Source: Escherichia coli (GTDB taxonomy: Bacteria > Pseudomonadota > Gammaproteobacteria > Enterobacterales > Enterobacteriaceae). Taken from it: DNA of 51,502 bases. The notes under the pieces are model-generated. The model was given only the letters and a program-made list of their open reading frames with translations. It did no database searches and was not told where the DNA came from. The position numbers and the translations under genes were made by a program. The stretch is taken from NCBI RefSeq assembly GCF_003334255.1, contig NZ_QOWU01000037.1; one strand, given 5' to 3'. The first letter of the stretch is position 1. Each line of letters opens with the position of its first letter. This document shows, in pieces, positions 27,916 to 36,176 of the stretch.

Positions 27916-28722
27916 TCACTTCGCCTCCTGCTGCGGTGCTGCTGCGATCATGGCCTTCCATTGGTGGTCTGGGCTCCATAATCTACCGCCATCTTCACAC
28001 TCTTCCTGCGCCTGATGGTACGCCTCACGCATTTCTGGAGTTGGCTCCTTAGGAACCAGCACCCAACCATCCGGAATCACCGGAGAGTTGCTGACGGGCG
28101 ACTCGGAAATTTTTGGCGAAGAATCTAGGGCTGGCGCGGTCTGCATGGTGGTGGGCGACTCGGCTTTTTCGGCACCCTGAAGCATGGCGTCGCGGCATCC
28201 GTCATACGCTTCTTTCATAGCATCACGCACCCATCCGACAGGTTTCTGCTCAGTCAACTCACACCATTTCTCGAATGTGGGCACAGATACCGGAACTGGC
28301 GGTGCTGCATAAAGCGCCTGACAACTCCAGCCAGACCAGTGAGCACCCTCCGCTCTCTCATCATCTTCAGGGCGAACAAGCGTGACTTCGCTCGGGTGTT
28401 TCCTGTGTGACCACAGCCAGGCTACGGTTTCGGCATTGGCTGGCTCTGGCGGGGCGGAGTAAAAATACTCATCCTCAATCCCATCAACGGGCTTTGAGAA
28501 GCCGATAAAATCACCATAATGCCAAGGATAGGGGCCGTATGGCTCAGAGGTCACACGACGCCACCGGTGAATGGCAGGCTCCGCTTCGAGCGATGCCAGC
28601 GCGATACGCAGTGCCGCCAGCGTGTTGCTGTCGCCTTCGTCCAGACCGAACGGGATTTCATCTCTGGCTGCTTCCATGTCGGCAATTTTCTGCTGCAGCC
28701 ATTGTTTGGTAATAGTGCTCAT
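27916..28722 (-). CDS. Hypothetical nin-region protein (268 aa)
   Basis: Long ORF coupled to the upstream gene, acidic and Pro/Trp-rich. Typical of variable lambdoid accessory genes. Confidence 0.55.
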   Translation of the reverse strand: MSTITKQWLQQKIADMEAARDEIPFGLDEGDSNTLAALRIALASLEAEPAIHRWRRVTSEPYGPYPWHYGDFIGFSKPVDGIEDEYFYSAPPEPANAETVAWLWSHRKHPSEVTLVRPEDDERAEGAHWSGWSCQALYAAPPVPVSVPTFEKWCELTEQKPVGWVRDAMKEAYDGCRDAMLQGAEKAESPTTMQTAPALDSSPKISESPVSNSPVIPDGWVLVPKEPTPEMREAYHQAQEECEDGGRLWSPDHQWKAMIAAAPQQEAK

Positions 28723-29132
28723 GATGCCTCTCCTTTACCGGATGCGGCGGCGATCAGCTTCTGCGCCTGCTGAATGTCAGGATTGCCTGCAATCATCACT
28801 TCTGGCGCGTCACAGTCACCGCCAAGGTCAAGAATGCGCTCATGTCCGGTACGCAGGCAGGATTTGTATCCTGAAACCGTCTGCTTGAGCGATTCGGTCA
28901 GCACAGCAATCCTCTGGTCTTTGGCTTCCAGCTCATCCAGCAGCGCCAGCACTGTGGCTGGGTTGGCTACGGAGTTCAGCGCGTTCAAGGCAGTGATATC
29001 TGCATCAAGCTGAGTTCCTTCTGCCAGTGAGATATCGAAAATGTCATCAGGCGGCATAACACTAAGGCGCTCATGTGCACCAACTGCTGCCTCAGCGATT
29101 TCACGTAATGCGCGTTTGTCGATGTTGCTCAT
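28719..29132 (-). CDS. Ead/Ea22-like family protein
   Basis: MSNIDKRALREIAEAA... N-terminus and a coiled-coil middle, as in Ea22-like proteins. Confidence 0.6.
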   Translation of the reverse strand: MSNIDKRALREIAEAAVGAHERLSVMPPDDIFDISLAEGTQLDADITALNALNSVANPATVLALLDELEAKDQRIAVLTESLKQTVSGYKSCLRTGHERILDLGGDCDAPEVMIAGNPDIQQAQKLIAAASGKGEAS

Positions 29133-29147
29133 TCTTCATCCTCCAAC

Positions 29148-29360
29148 TCAGATACGGCGTCCATTACATCTGAGCCGCGAATGGTTTCGAATGCCACACA
29201 AGACCATTTCAAAGCACAGGCGCTCATGCGGGTGCGGAGATTGCCAATACTTGAAGCCAGGACGATGCGAATAGCCCTGCATCGCATAAAACTCTCCGGC
29301 CAATTCAATGGCGGCATCCACCAGTTCACGGTTTGTCATTGGTTTGTCGATGTTGCTCAT
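29148..29360 (-). CDS. Hypothetical protein sharing the MSNIDK 5' module; possibly frameshifted
   Basis: 70-aa ORF. An overlapping frame (29129-29329) ends in a plausible acidic C-terminus that is coupled to the next gene. Confidence 0.35.
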   Translation of the reverse strand: MSNIDKPMTNRELVDAAIELAGEFYAMQGYSHRPGFKYWQSPHPHERLCFEMVLCGIRNHSRLRCNGRRI

Positions 29361-29557
29361 TGGGCGGCCTCCTGGATTAACTTTTCGAGAATGGCATCAA
29401 GGGCTTTCCGTTTTCCGATATACCCGCCACCAACCCACTCTCCACGAAGCAAGGCGTAATATTTCCCGTCGTCTTCGTGATACGGTCCTCGGATAGACCA
29501 GTCGGTTGTGATGGCGTCGATAGCCTTTTTAGTTTCTGCGAAATCCATCATGCTCAT
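29357..29557 (-). CDS. Hypothetical small protein (66 aa from MSMMD)
   Basis: The chosen start sits immediately after the ren stop. The longer ORF-track version would overlap ren. Confidence 0.45.
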   Translation of the reverse strand: MSMMDFAETKKAIDAITTDWSIRGPYHEDDGKYYALLRGEWVGGGYIGKRKALDAILEKLIQEAAQ

Positions 29558-29847
29558 ACCCCTACCCTCCCCCAAACCATCAACACCCGCTTCATCGCGG
29601 CACTCTGGCGACACTCCTTAAAAATCAGGTTAGTGCTCACCTTTCCTTCCCGTTCTTCCCTGGTAGCGAATCTGTAATACACCGTTCGCCAGACCTTACC
29701 ATCTATGACCAAGATTCCTGCCCGCGCCATTTTAGCCGCAGCCTGATTTATGCTGGTTACTGTTGCGCCTGTTACCGCGGCAACGTCCAGCGCACAGAAG
29801 CTCTTATGCGTCCCCAGGTAATAAATAATTGCCTCTTTACCCGTCAT
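29554..29847 (-). CDS. ren: Ren (Rex exclusion-escape protein of lambda)
   Basis: MTGKEAIIYYLGTHKSFCALDVAAVTGATVTSINQAAAKMARAG... closely matches lambda Ren as recalled. Confidence 0.85.
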   Translation of the reverse strand: MTGKEAIIYYLGTHKSFCALDVAAVTGATVTSINQAAAKMARAGILVIDGKVWRTVYYRFATREEREGKVSTNLIFKECRQSAAMKRVLMVWGRVGV

Positions 29848-30545
29848 ACACTTGCTCCTTTCAGCCCAAACTTAGCTTTGATTTCTGCGATCTTCGCCAG
29901 AGCCTGTGCACGATTTAGAGGTCTACCGCCCATAACAGGAAGTTGTTTTACTGGTTCAGGTATCGTCTCACCACGGTTAATTCGCGCTGTCATACAGGTC
30001 AGTTCATCGGCAGCCTTGCGCCGTAATTCCGCGTCAGTCAGCGCATTGGCCCGCATGTTCTGGTACAAGTTGGTAACCAACCAGTAATGCGCGTTCGATT
30101 TCCACGGATAAGACTCTGCATCCGGATACAGGCCACGCTTCCGGCAATACTCGTAAACCATATCAACCAGCTCGCTGACGTTTGGCAGCCCGGCGTTAAC
30201 AGATGCTTCTTCCCGGCACCAGGCGACAAACTGCCCGGGTGATGGCAGGAATGGTCGATTCTGCCGACGGGCTACGCGCATTCCAGCGTTAACCTGTTCC
30301 ATTGTGGTGATCCCGTTTTCCCGGAAAGCCAGAACCCACTGGCGACGGATTTCGTTCAGTTCATTCTGGTCACGGTTAGCCAGGCTCGCCGGGAAAGTTG
30401 CCAGTAACTGGCTGAACACACCGTTGATGATCTGCGCTACCTGCTGTACCTGTGGCTTTTCGTCGTACTGTTCCGGCATGTTGTTGGCGATCCGGCGCAT
30501 CTGCTCACAGTCAAAGTTAACCATCTGTGCGGCGATGTTTTTCAT
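29844..30545 (-). CDS. P: Replication protein P (DnaB loader), lambda type
   Basis: 233 aa, near-identical to lambda P as recalled (MKNIAAQMVNFD.EQMRRIANNMPEQYDEKPQVQQ...). Confidence 0.95.
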   Translation of the reverse strand: MKNIAAQMVNFDCEQMRRIANNMPEQYDEKPQVQQVAQIINGVFSQLLATFPASLANRDQNELNEIRRQWVLAFRENGITTMEQVNAGMRVARRQNRPFLPSPGQFVAWCREEASVNAGLPNVSELVDMVYEYCRKRGLYPDAESYPWKSNAHYWLVTNLYQNMRANALTDAELRRKAADELTCMTARINRGETIPEPVKQLPVMGGRPLNRAQALAKIAEIKAKFGLKGASV

Positions 30546-31471
30546 AGCTCCACCCCGTAAATCCAGTCAGTGTTCGTCAGGTCGAGTTTTGGTTTGCCGG
30601 CTGTCACGCCAGCCTGTTGCTTGTTTCGGTTGATTTCGAGCTGGGTCCACTTGTCGCGGAGTTTGGCCGGACTTAGCACGTTACCGGACCAGAAGTTGTC
30701 CTGGCATGCCCAGCGGAACAGCACGCACATGTCGCGGTGGTTACGTCCGTCACGTTCACGCATCAGGCGGATATCGTTAGCCCACCCAGCAAAATTCGGT
30801 TTTCTGGCTGATGGCGCGATGGTCTTCACCATGTCAAACATCCACTCTGCGGCGGTCAGGTCTTCTGCTGTCCCCCACTTGCTGCCGCTCTGAATTGCAG
30901 CATCTGGTTTCACCACAGGAAGATCGTTTTCTGGTTGGTCAGAGGATTCGCCAGAATTCTCGGACGAAAAAGGTTTTATATTGTCTTTTGTTAGTTTGTC
31001 TTTTGTGTTTACCTGATTCGGGTAAACGCCTTTACCTGATTTGGGTAAACTTTTTTTACCTGATTCAGGTAAATTTACCTCTTTCAGGTAAACTTTATTT
31101 TTCTTACCTGATTCGGGTAATGTTGACCATTCACTGACCACATTATTAATGCCGGTATTCCGCCCGCTCTGAATAAAAATCCCACGCTTTACCAGAACAC
31201 TTTTTGCAGCAGAACACTTGTGCGGCAATATCCCGGTTAATTCGGAAAGTTGCTCGTTGCTAACCCAATCCAGTTTTTTATTAAAGCCATATGTTTTGCG
31301 CATGACAGCCAGAAAGACCAGAAGCTGGTGCTGTGTTAATCCGGCCAGCATCACAGCTTCCAGCAACTCATTTGCAATGCGCGTATAACCATCATCGAGA
31401 TCTGCCACGCGCGGCTCCTTTTGTGCCGCATCCGGCACTGGAAAATTGAATATCTCAGCAGTGTTTGCCAT
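30542..31471 (-). CDS. O: Replication initiator O (novel N-terminal DNA-binding half, lambda-like C-terminal P-interaction half)
   Basis: The start MANTAEIFNF.. aligns with the lambda O start MTNTAKILNF and has a GGAGGA Shine-Dalgarno. The C-terminal SENSGESSDQPENDL..NTDWIYGVEL is lambda-like. Confidence 0.9.
   Translation of the reverse strand: MANTAEIFNFPVPDAAQKEPRVADLDDGYTRIANELLEAVMLAGLTQHQLLVFLAVMRKTYGFNKKLDWVSNEQLSELTGILPHKCSAAKSVLVKRGIFIQSGRNTGINNVVSEWSTLPESGKKNKVYLKEVNLPESGKKSLPKSGKGVYPNQVNTKDKLTKDNIKPFSSENSGESSDQPENDLPVVKPDAAIQSGSKWGTAEDLTAAEWMFDMVKTIAPSARKPNFAGWANDIRLMRERDGRNHRDMCVLFRWACQDNFWSGNVLSPAKLRDKWTQLEINRNKQQAGVTAGKPKLDLTNTDWIYGVEL
31008..31121. repeat. Origin iterons (five copies of TTACC-N8-GGTAA) inside the O gene
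   Basis: Copies start at 31008, 31031, 31055, 31074 and 31103 (tttacctgattcgggtaaac and variants). An AT-rich tract at 30968-31007 lies on the O-downstream side, as in ori-lambda. Confidence 0.8.
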
Positions 31472-31557
31472 AATTCCTCCCGCAATGAGTGTGTTACGAT
31501 TTGCACCTGAAAGTCGGTTCTGTTCCAGCAGACCGGCTTTCGCCATTTCTGAACCTG

Positions 31558-32097
31558 TCATATCGCCCCCAGCATGGTAGTAACCATCGCCATCAATGGA
31601 CCAGCCAGATCTGGGTCCACACGAAACATCGACACAATACCTTCACTAATTTCCTTCAGTTTCTGGTGGCGTGGTGCGTTGAGAATGACAGCCTGTTTTG
31701 CCTCACTGAGTTCCTTTTCCATTTCAGCCAACCTAGCCATGAAGCTATCCTGCTCAACCAGGTAACCGCGATATTCCAGCGGTAGTACCGCCAGAATTGC
31801 CGGGGTCAGTTCACGCACGTTATTTCGGTATTTTTCAGAATCGAATTTGTTATCGAGGAAGCGGAACAGCTTCTGGCGTGCACGGCTGACATCATCAGGG
31901 AAATCGATGGTGCCGCCGCCCTGCTCCCGATACTCATTCACAATGAGTGTGGCAACGACATCCTGATTATCTACAGCCGACCAGGCGCGGACGGCATCAC
32001 GGATTTTTTCGTGGCCTGGCACCTGTTTTGTTTGAGAACGATTTATCACCGCAGTCGGGCTAAATCCGCTAGTCTGTTGGTATGTAAGTGGTTGCAT
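31558..32097 (-). CDS. YdaT-like protein (CII-position regulator of Rac-type immunity regions)
   Basis: EYREQGGGTIDFP and LTPAILAVLPLEYR resemble Rac YdaT motifs. It lies directly after the cro-like gene. Confidence 0.65.
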   Translation of the reverse strand: MQPLTYQQTSGFSPTAVINRSQTKQVPGHEKIRDAVRAWSAVDNQDVVATLIVNEYREQGGGTIDFPDDVSRARQKLFRFLDNKFDSEKYRNNVRELTPAILAVLPLEYRGYLVEQDSFMARLAEMEKELSEAKQAVILNAPRHQKLKEISEGIVSMFRVDPDLAGPLMAMVTTMLGAI

Positions 32098-32141
32098 AAT
32101 TGACTCCTTTAGTTTGAATTGACTGTTAAGTTGATTGCTTA

Positions 32142-32154
32142 TTGTTAAAGAGCG
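32142..32154 (-). promoter_or_regulatory. Consensus boxA element just downstream of cro (nutR position)
   Basis: The minus strand reads CGCTCTTTAACAA. GCTCTTTAACAA equals the rrn boxA consensus. It starts 13 nt after the cro-like stop codon. Confidence 0.6.
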
Positions 32155-32166
32155 TGAAATGGAAAT

Positions 32167-32397
32167 TTAAGCTGCGTTCTTTTCGGTGTGTGGAAACAAC
32201 TTCGGAAGATCCGGGCGAATCTGGTATGCCTTCACTACTCCACCAGTAGCCGTAACAATGCTGCCGACATGTTCAGGGGATACCTTTGCTTTGTTGTGAA
32301 GCCACTTATAGACGGCCTGCTGTGAAACTTCGCAAGCAGCGCCCAGTTTCTTTTGTGAACCAACGATATTGATCGCTGTTTTGATAGCTGGGTTCAT
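32167..32397 (-). CDS. Cro/YdaS-like HTH repressor
   Basis: 76 aa. HTH (KKLGAACEVSQQAVYKWLH), a GGAGG Shine-Dalgarno, and divergent orientation from the S24 repressor. Confidence 0.75.
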   Translation of the reverse strand: MNPAIKTAINIVGSQKKLGAACEVSQQAVYKWLHNKAKVSPEHVGSIVTATGGVVKAYQIRPDLPKLFPHTEKNAA

Positions 32398-32424
32398 AAC
32401 AACCTCCGTGGTTAATTTGAATCA

Positions 32425-32453
32425 AGATTAAAACTATGGTTGTTTTTAGTCAA
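32425..32453 (-). promoter_or_regulatory. Putative pR (TTGACT-17-TAATCT) with a 17-bp operator in the spacer
   Basis: -35 at 32448-32453 and -10 at 32425-32430 on the minus strand. The palindromic operator aaaactatggttgtttt at 32430-32446 fills the spacer. Confidence 0.5.
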
Positions 32454-32466
32454 CAACCATTTTCGT

Positions 32467-32495
32467 TTGATGGAATAAAACCTTGGTTGTACATT
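32467..32495 (+). promoter_or_regulatory. Putative pRM (TTGATG-17-TACATT), giving a leaderless repressor mRNA
   Basis: The -10 ends 6 nt before the ATG at 32502. No Shine-Dalgarno is present. An operator-like aaaaccttggttgtaca (32477-32493) overlaps the promoter. Confidence 0.4.
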
Positions 32496-32501
32496 TGGAC
32501 T

Positions 32502-33191
32502 ATGAAAACAACACTCTCAGAAAGACTTAAAGAAGCCAGATTAGCGCGAGGCCTTACACAAAAGGCGCTTGGGGATTTGGTCGGGGTTAGCCAGGCTGCT
32601 ATTCAGAAAATCGAAACAGGGAAAGCTAATCAAACAACTAAAATCGTGGAGATCGCGAACGCTTTGGGTGTGCGCGCAGAATGGTTATCTTCTGGCGTTG
32701 GAAATATGTCAGACAGTACAGTGCAACCAATACAATCAACTGTCAGCCATTCCAAATACTTCAAGATTGACGTTCTTGATATAGAAGTCAGTGCTGGGCC
32801 GGGAGTCATCAACCGTGAGTTTGTAGAAGTTCTACGCTCGGTTGAGTACTCGTTTGACGATGCTCGTCACATGTTCGATGGTAGGAAGGCGGAAAATATC
32901 CGCATCATTAACGTGCGTGGTGACAGCATGTCAGGAACGATCGAACCAGGTGATCTGCTGTTCGTTGATATCACAGTTAAATCTTTCGACGGTGATGGTA
33001 TCTATGCGTTTCTGTACGACGACACAGCCCATGTAAAGCGCCTGCAAATGATGAAGGATAAGCTGCTGGTCATCTCTGATAACAAAAGCTACTCACCGTG
33101 GGACCCGATCGAGAAAGACGAGATGAACCGGGTGTTCATCTTCGGTAAGGTTATTGGGAGCATGCCGCAGACATATAGGAAGCATGGGTAG
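32502..33191 (+). CDS. CI-type prophage repressor (HTH plus S24 LexA-like autocleavage domain)
   Basis: MKTTLSERLKEARLARGLTQKALGDLVGVSQAAIQKIETGK... followed by GDSM..(Ser) and ..VKRL (Lys) peptidase S24 motifs. Confidence 0.85.
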   Translation: MKTTLSERLKEARLARGLTQKALGDLVGVSQAAIQKIETGKANQTTKIVEIANALGVRAEWLSSGVGNMSDSTVQPIQSTVSHSKYFKIDVLDIEVSAGPGVINREFVEVLRSVEYSFDDARHMFDGRKAENIRIINVRGDSMSGTIEPGDLLFVDITVKSFDGDGIYAFLYDDTAHVKRLQMMKDKLLVISDNKSYSPWDPIEKDEMNRVFIFGKVIGSMPQTYRKHG

Positions 33192-33312
33192 TACCAATTA
33201 AAAATTATCAACTGGGCATTGTGCTCATTCAGTAAAGAACTAATTCCTATCTTTGCTCTAGGTAGTAATATTAAGCCACCGCAATAATATCTTTACCTAA
33301 CGGCGTAAGAAT

Positions 33313-33339
33313 CCCGGTCACCGTGCCGGGTTTTCTTTT
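33313..33339 (+). terminator. Rho-independent terminator after the repressor gene
   Basis: cccgg-tcaccgtg-ccggg followed by ttttcttttg. Confidence 0.6.
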
Positions 33340-33464
33340 GCCCTCCCCTCATCACACACACCGTTAAAAAAACCACCATAACCTCGCTTCAGTTATCGCT
33401 ATGCGATTCAAGTCACAAAATAAATCCATCCTAAATACAACCAGTTATATCTAAAACAACCAAT

Positions 33465-33509
33465 AAAACAACTTTTGTTGTTGACGATAAAACAACTATA
33501 GTTTTAAAT
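33465..33509 (+). promoter_or_regulatory. Putative pL (TTGACG-17-TTAAAT) with two 17-bp operators
   Basis: aaaacaactatagtttt (33489-33505) lies in the spacer and aaaacaacttttgttgt (33465-33481) abuts the -35, 24 bp centre to centre. They share AAAAC-N7-GTTTT with the pR operator. Confidence 0.5.
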
Positions 33510-33786
33510 AAGTTCATCGCAACAACACAACGATACGGCAACTACCTGATTCACCGTTGCGATGACCGCTTAGATCCGCAGTTTGAATTTCAGCAGGCTT
33601 CGGGGAGTGCGAGGGGTGAAACGGACGCGTGAACGTCGGTGTGACCAGCTGAAATTAACTCAACATTTCATACCTTAGTCGCTTCAACGAGGCGGCTTAG
33701 TTATGACAACCGGCGGCCATCCACCGCCTGAATACGCGCAGAAGTCTCTATATGTTCAGCAGCCCAGCTTACGGGCAGGAGTTTTT

Positions 33787-33993
33787 ATGGTTCATCAACA
33801 TTATGGAACGCAGACCGTTAATCGAGGTGCGGTCATGCCAGGAATGCTGGTCAAACACAAAGATGGTACCTGGACTGCATCAGCTAATTTACGCGGACGG
33901 CTTTATCTGCATCGCGGCATCGAGTGCACTTATACCCGTGATTTGCTCGTGGAAGTTTTTCTCGACGGACGCGGTAACGGCCTGAATCACTAA
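33787..33993 (+). CDS. Hypothetical first protein of the pL operon (68 aa from MVHQ)
   Basis: AGGAG lies 5 nt upstream of the ATG at 33787. It is not Arg-rich and shows no resemblance to N, Kil or CIII. Confidence 0.4.
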   Translation: MVHQHYGTQTVNRGAVMPGMLVKHKDGTWTASANLRGRLYLHRGIECTYTRDLLVEVFLDGRGNGLNH

Positions 33994-34068
33994 TCCCCTT
34001 TCCTGTTTTCCTAATCAGCCTGGCATTTCGCGGGCGATATTTTCACAGCCATTTTCAGGAGGTCAGCC

Positions 34069-34365
34069 ATGAACGCTTATTACATTCAGGATCGTCTTGA
34101 GGCTCAGAGCTGGGCGCGTCACTACCAGCAGATCGCCCGTGAAGAGAAAGAGGCAGAACTGGCAGACGACATGGAAAAAGGCCTGCCCCAGCACCTGTTT
34201 GAATCGCTATGCATCGATCATTTGCAACGCCACGGGGCCAGCAAAAAAGCCATTATCCGTGCGTTTGATGACGATGTTGAGTTTCAGGAGCGCATGGCAG
34301 AACACATCCAGTACATGGTTGAAACCATTGCTCACCACCAGGTTGATATTGATTCAGAGGTATAA
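34069..34365 (+). CDS. gam: Gam (RecBCD inhibitor), lambda type
   Basis: [44 protein letters not shown]... is near-identical to lambda Gam as recalled. Confidence 0.95.
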   Translation: MNAYYIQDRLEAQSWARHYQQIAREEKEAELADDMEKGLPQHLFESLCIDHLQRHGASKKAIIRAFDDDVEFQERMAEHIQYMVETIAHHQVDIDSEV

Positions 34366-34370
34366 AACGG

Positions 34371-35156
34371 ATGAGTACAGCACTCGCAACGCTGGCAGGG
34401 AAGCTGGCTGAACGTGTCGGCATGGATTCTGTCGACCCACAGGAACTGATCACCACTCTTCGCCAGACGGCATTTAAAGGTGATGCCAGCGATGCGCAGT
34501 TCATCGCATTGTTGATCGTCGCCAACCAGTACGGCCTTAATCCGTGGACGAAAGAAATTTACGCCTTCCCTGATAAGCAGAACGGCATCGTTCCGGTGGT
34601 GGGCGTTGATGGCTGGTCCCGCATCATCAATGAAAACCAGCAGTTTGATGGCATGGACTTTGAGCAGGACAATGAATCCTGTACATGCCGGATTTACCGC
34701 AAGGACCGTAATCATCCGATCTGCGTTACCGAATGGATGGATGAATGCCGCCGCGAACCATTCAAAACTCGCGAAGGCAGAGAAATCACGGGGCCGTGGC
34801 AGTCGCATCCCAAACGGATGTTACGGCATAAAGCCATGATTCAGTGTGCCCGTCTGGCCTTCGGATTTGCTGGTATCTATGACAAGGATGAAGCCGAGCG
34901 CATTGTCGAAAATACTGCATACACTGCAGAACGTCAGCCAGAACGCGACATCACTCCGGTTAACGATGAAACCATGCAGGAGATTAACACTCTGCTGATC
35001 GCCCTGGATAAAACATGGGATGACGACTTATTGCCGCTCTGTTCCCAGATATTTCGCCGCGACATTCGCGCATCGTCAGAACTGACACAGGCCGAAGCAG
35101 TGAAAGCTCTTGGATTCCTGAAACAGAAAGCCACTGAGCAGAAGGTGGCAGCATGA
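34371..35156 (+). CDS. bet: Bet (single-strand annealing recombinase), lambda type
   Basis: [44 protein letters not shown]... is near-identical to lambda Bet as recalled. Confidence 0.95.
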   Translation: MSTALATLAGKLAERVGMDSVDPQELITTLRQTAFKGDASDAQFIALLIVANQYGLNPWTKEIYAFPDKQNGIVPVVGVDGWSRIINENQQFDGMDFEQDNESCTCRIYRKDRNHPICVTEWMDECRREPFKTREGREITGPWQSHPKRMLRHKAMIQCARLAFGFAGIYDKDEAERIVENTAYTAERQPERDITPVNDETMQEINTLLIALDKTWDDDLLPLCSQIFRRDIRASSELTQAEAVKALGFLKQKATEQKVAA

Positions 35157-35833
35157 CACCGGACATTATCCTGCAGCGTACCGGGATCGACGTGAGAGCT
35201 GTCGAACAGGGGGATGATGCGTGGCACAAATTACGGCTCGGCGTCATCACCGCTTCAGAAGTTCACAATGTGATAGCAAAACCCCGCTCCGGAAAGAAAT
35301 GGCCTGACATGAAAATGTCCTACTTCCACACCCTGCTTGCCGAGGTTTGCACCGGTGTGGCTCCGGAAGTTAACGCTAAGGCGCTGGCCTGGGGAAAACA
35401 GTACGAGAACGACGCCAGAGTCCTGTTTGAGTTTACTTCCGGCGTGAATGTTACTGAATCACCGATCATCTATCGCGACGAAAGTATGCGCACCGCCTGC
35501 TCTCCCGATGGTTTATGCAGTGACGGCAATGGCCTTGAGCTGAAATGCCCGTTTACCTCCCGGGATTTCATGAAGTTCCGGCTCGGTGGTTTCGAGGCCA
35601 TAAAGTCAGCTTACATGGCCCAGGTGCAGTACAGCATGTGGGTGACTCGAAAAGATGCCTGGTACTTTGCCAACTATGACCCGCGCATGAAGCGTGAAGG
35701 CCTGCATTATGTCGTGATTGAGCGGAATGAAAAGTACATGGCGAGTTTTGACGAGATGGTGCCGGAGTTCATCGAAAAAATGGACGAGGCACTGGCTGAA
35801 ATTGGTTTTGTATTTGGGGAGCAATGGCGATGA
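35153..35833 (+). CDS. exo: Exo (5'-3' dsDNA exonuclease), lambda type
   Basis: [52 protein letters not shown]... is near-identical to lambda Exo as recalled. Confidence 0.95.
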   Translation: MTPDIILQRTGIDVRAVEQGDDAWHKLRLGVITASEVHNVIAKPRSGKKWPDMKMSYFHTLLAEVCTGVAPEVNAKALAWGKQYENDARVLFEFTSGVNVTESPIIYRDESMRTACSPDGLCSDGNGLELKCPFTSRDFMKFRLGGFEAIKSAYMAQVQYSMWVTRKDAWYFANYDPRMKREGLHYVVIERNEKYMASFDEMVPEFIEKMDEALAEIGFVFGEQWR

Positions 35834-36012
35834 CGCATCCTCACGATAATATCCGCGTAGGCACGATCACTTTCGTCTACTCCGTTACGAAGCGAGGCTG
35901 GGTATTTCCCGGCCTTTCTGTTATCCGAAATCCCCTGAAAGCACAGCGGCTGGCTGAGGAGATAAATAATAAACGGGGAGCTGTATGCACAAAGCATCTC
36001 CCGTTGAGTTAA
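35824..36012 (+). CDS. Lambda orf61-like small early protein
   Basis: [51 protein letters not shown], in the same position after exo as in lambda. Confidence 0.7.
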   Translation: MAMTHPHDNIRVGTITFVYSVTKRGWVFPGLSVIRNPLKAQRLAEEINNKRGAVCTKHLPLS

Positions 36013-36176
36013 GAACGAGTATCGAGATGGCACATAGCCTCGCTCAAATTGGAGTCAGGTTTGTGCCAATACCAGTAGAAACAGACGAAGAATTTCATAC
36101 GTTAGCCGCATCCCTTTCACAAAAGCTGGAAATGATGGTGGCGAAAGCAGAAGCAGATGAGAGAGACCAGGTATGA
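35985..36176 (+). CDS. Lambda orf63-like small early protein
   Basis: [34 protein letters not shown]..., syntenic with lambda orf63. Confidence 0.7.
   Translation: MHKASPVELRTSIEMAHSLAQIGVRFVPIPVETDEEFHTLAASLSQKLEMMVAKAEADERDQV

Noticed and set aside
30990-31125. Regularly spaced 19-20-bp repeats that could be mistaken for a small CRISPR-like array.
   Set aside because: The repeats are internally palindromic, lie in frame inside the O gene (repeated LPESGKK peptides) and are followed by an AT-rich tract. These are classic origin iterons. No cas genes or unique spacers are present.
32098-32141. Looked for a boxB-type stem-loop after the boxA element.
   Set aside because: No inverted repeat of 4 bp or more with a small loop could be found in the AT-rich 44 nt. 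The absence is reported as part of a finding rather than calling a nut site.
33330-33420. 28-aa minus-strand ORF (MVVFLTVCVMRGGQKKTRHGDRDSYAVR) that looked like a type I toxin.
   Set aside because: The Shine-Dalgarno spacing is only 2 nt. It overlaps the repressor terminator hairpin. No antisense RNA promoter is evident.
33574-33678. Short frame in the pL leader encoding an Arg-rich stretch (..GVKRTRERRCDQLKL..) reminiscent of the N-protein arginine-rich motif.
   Set aside because: There is no ATG. The candidate GTG/TTG starts lack correctly spaced Shine-Dalgarno sequences. The ORF is at most 31 aa, far too short for an N protein, and it coincides with a GC-rich RNA stem that would generate Arg codons by chance.
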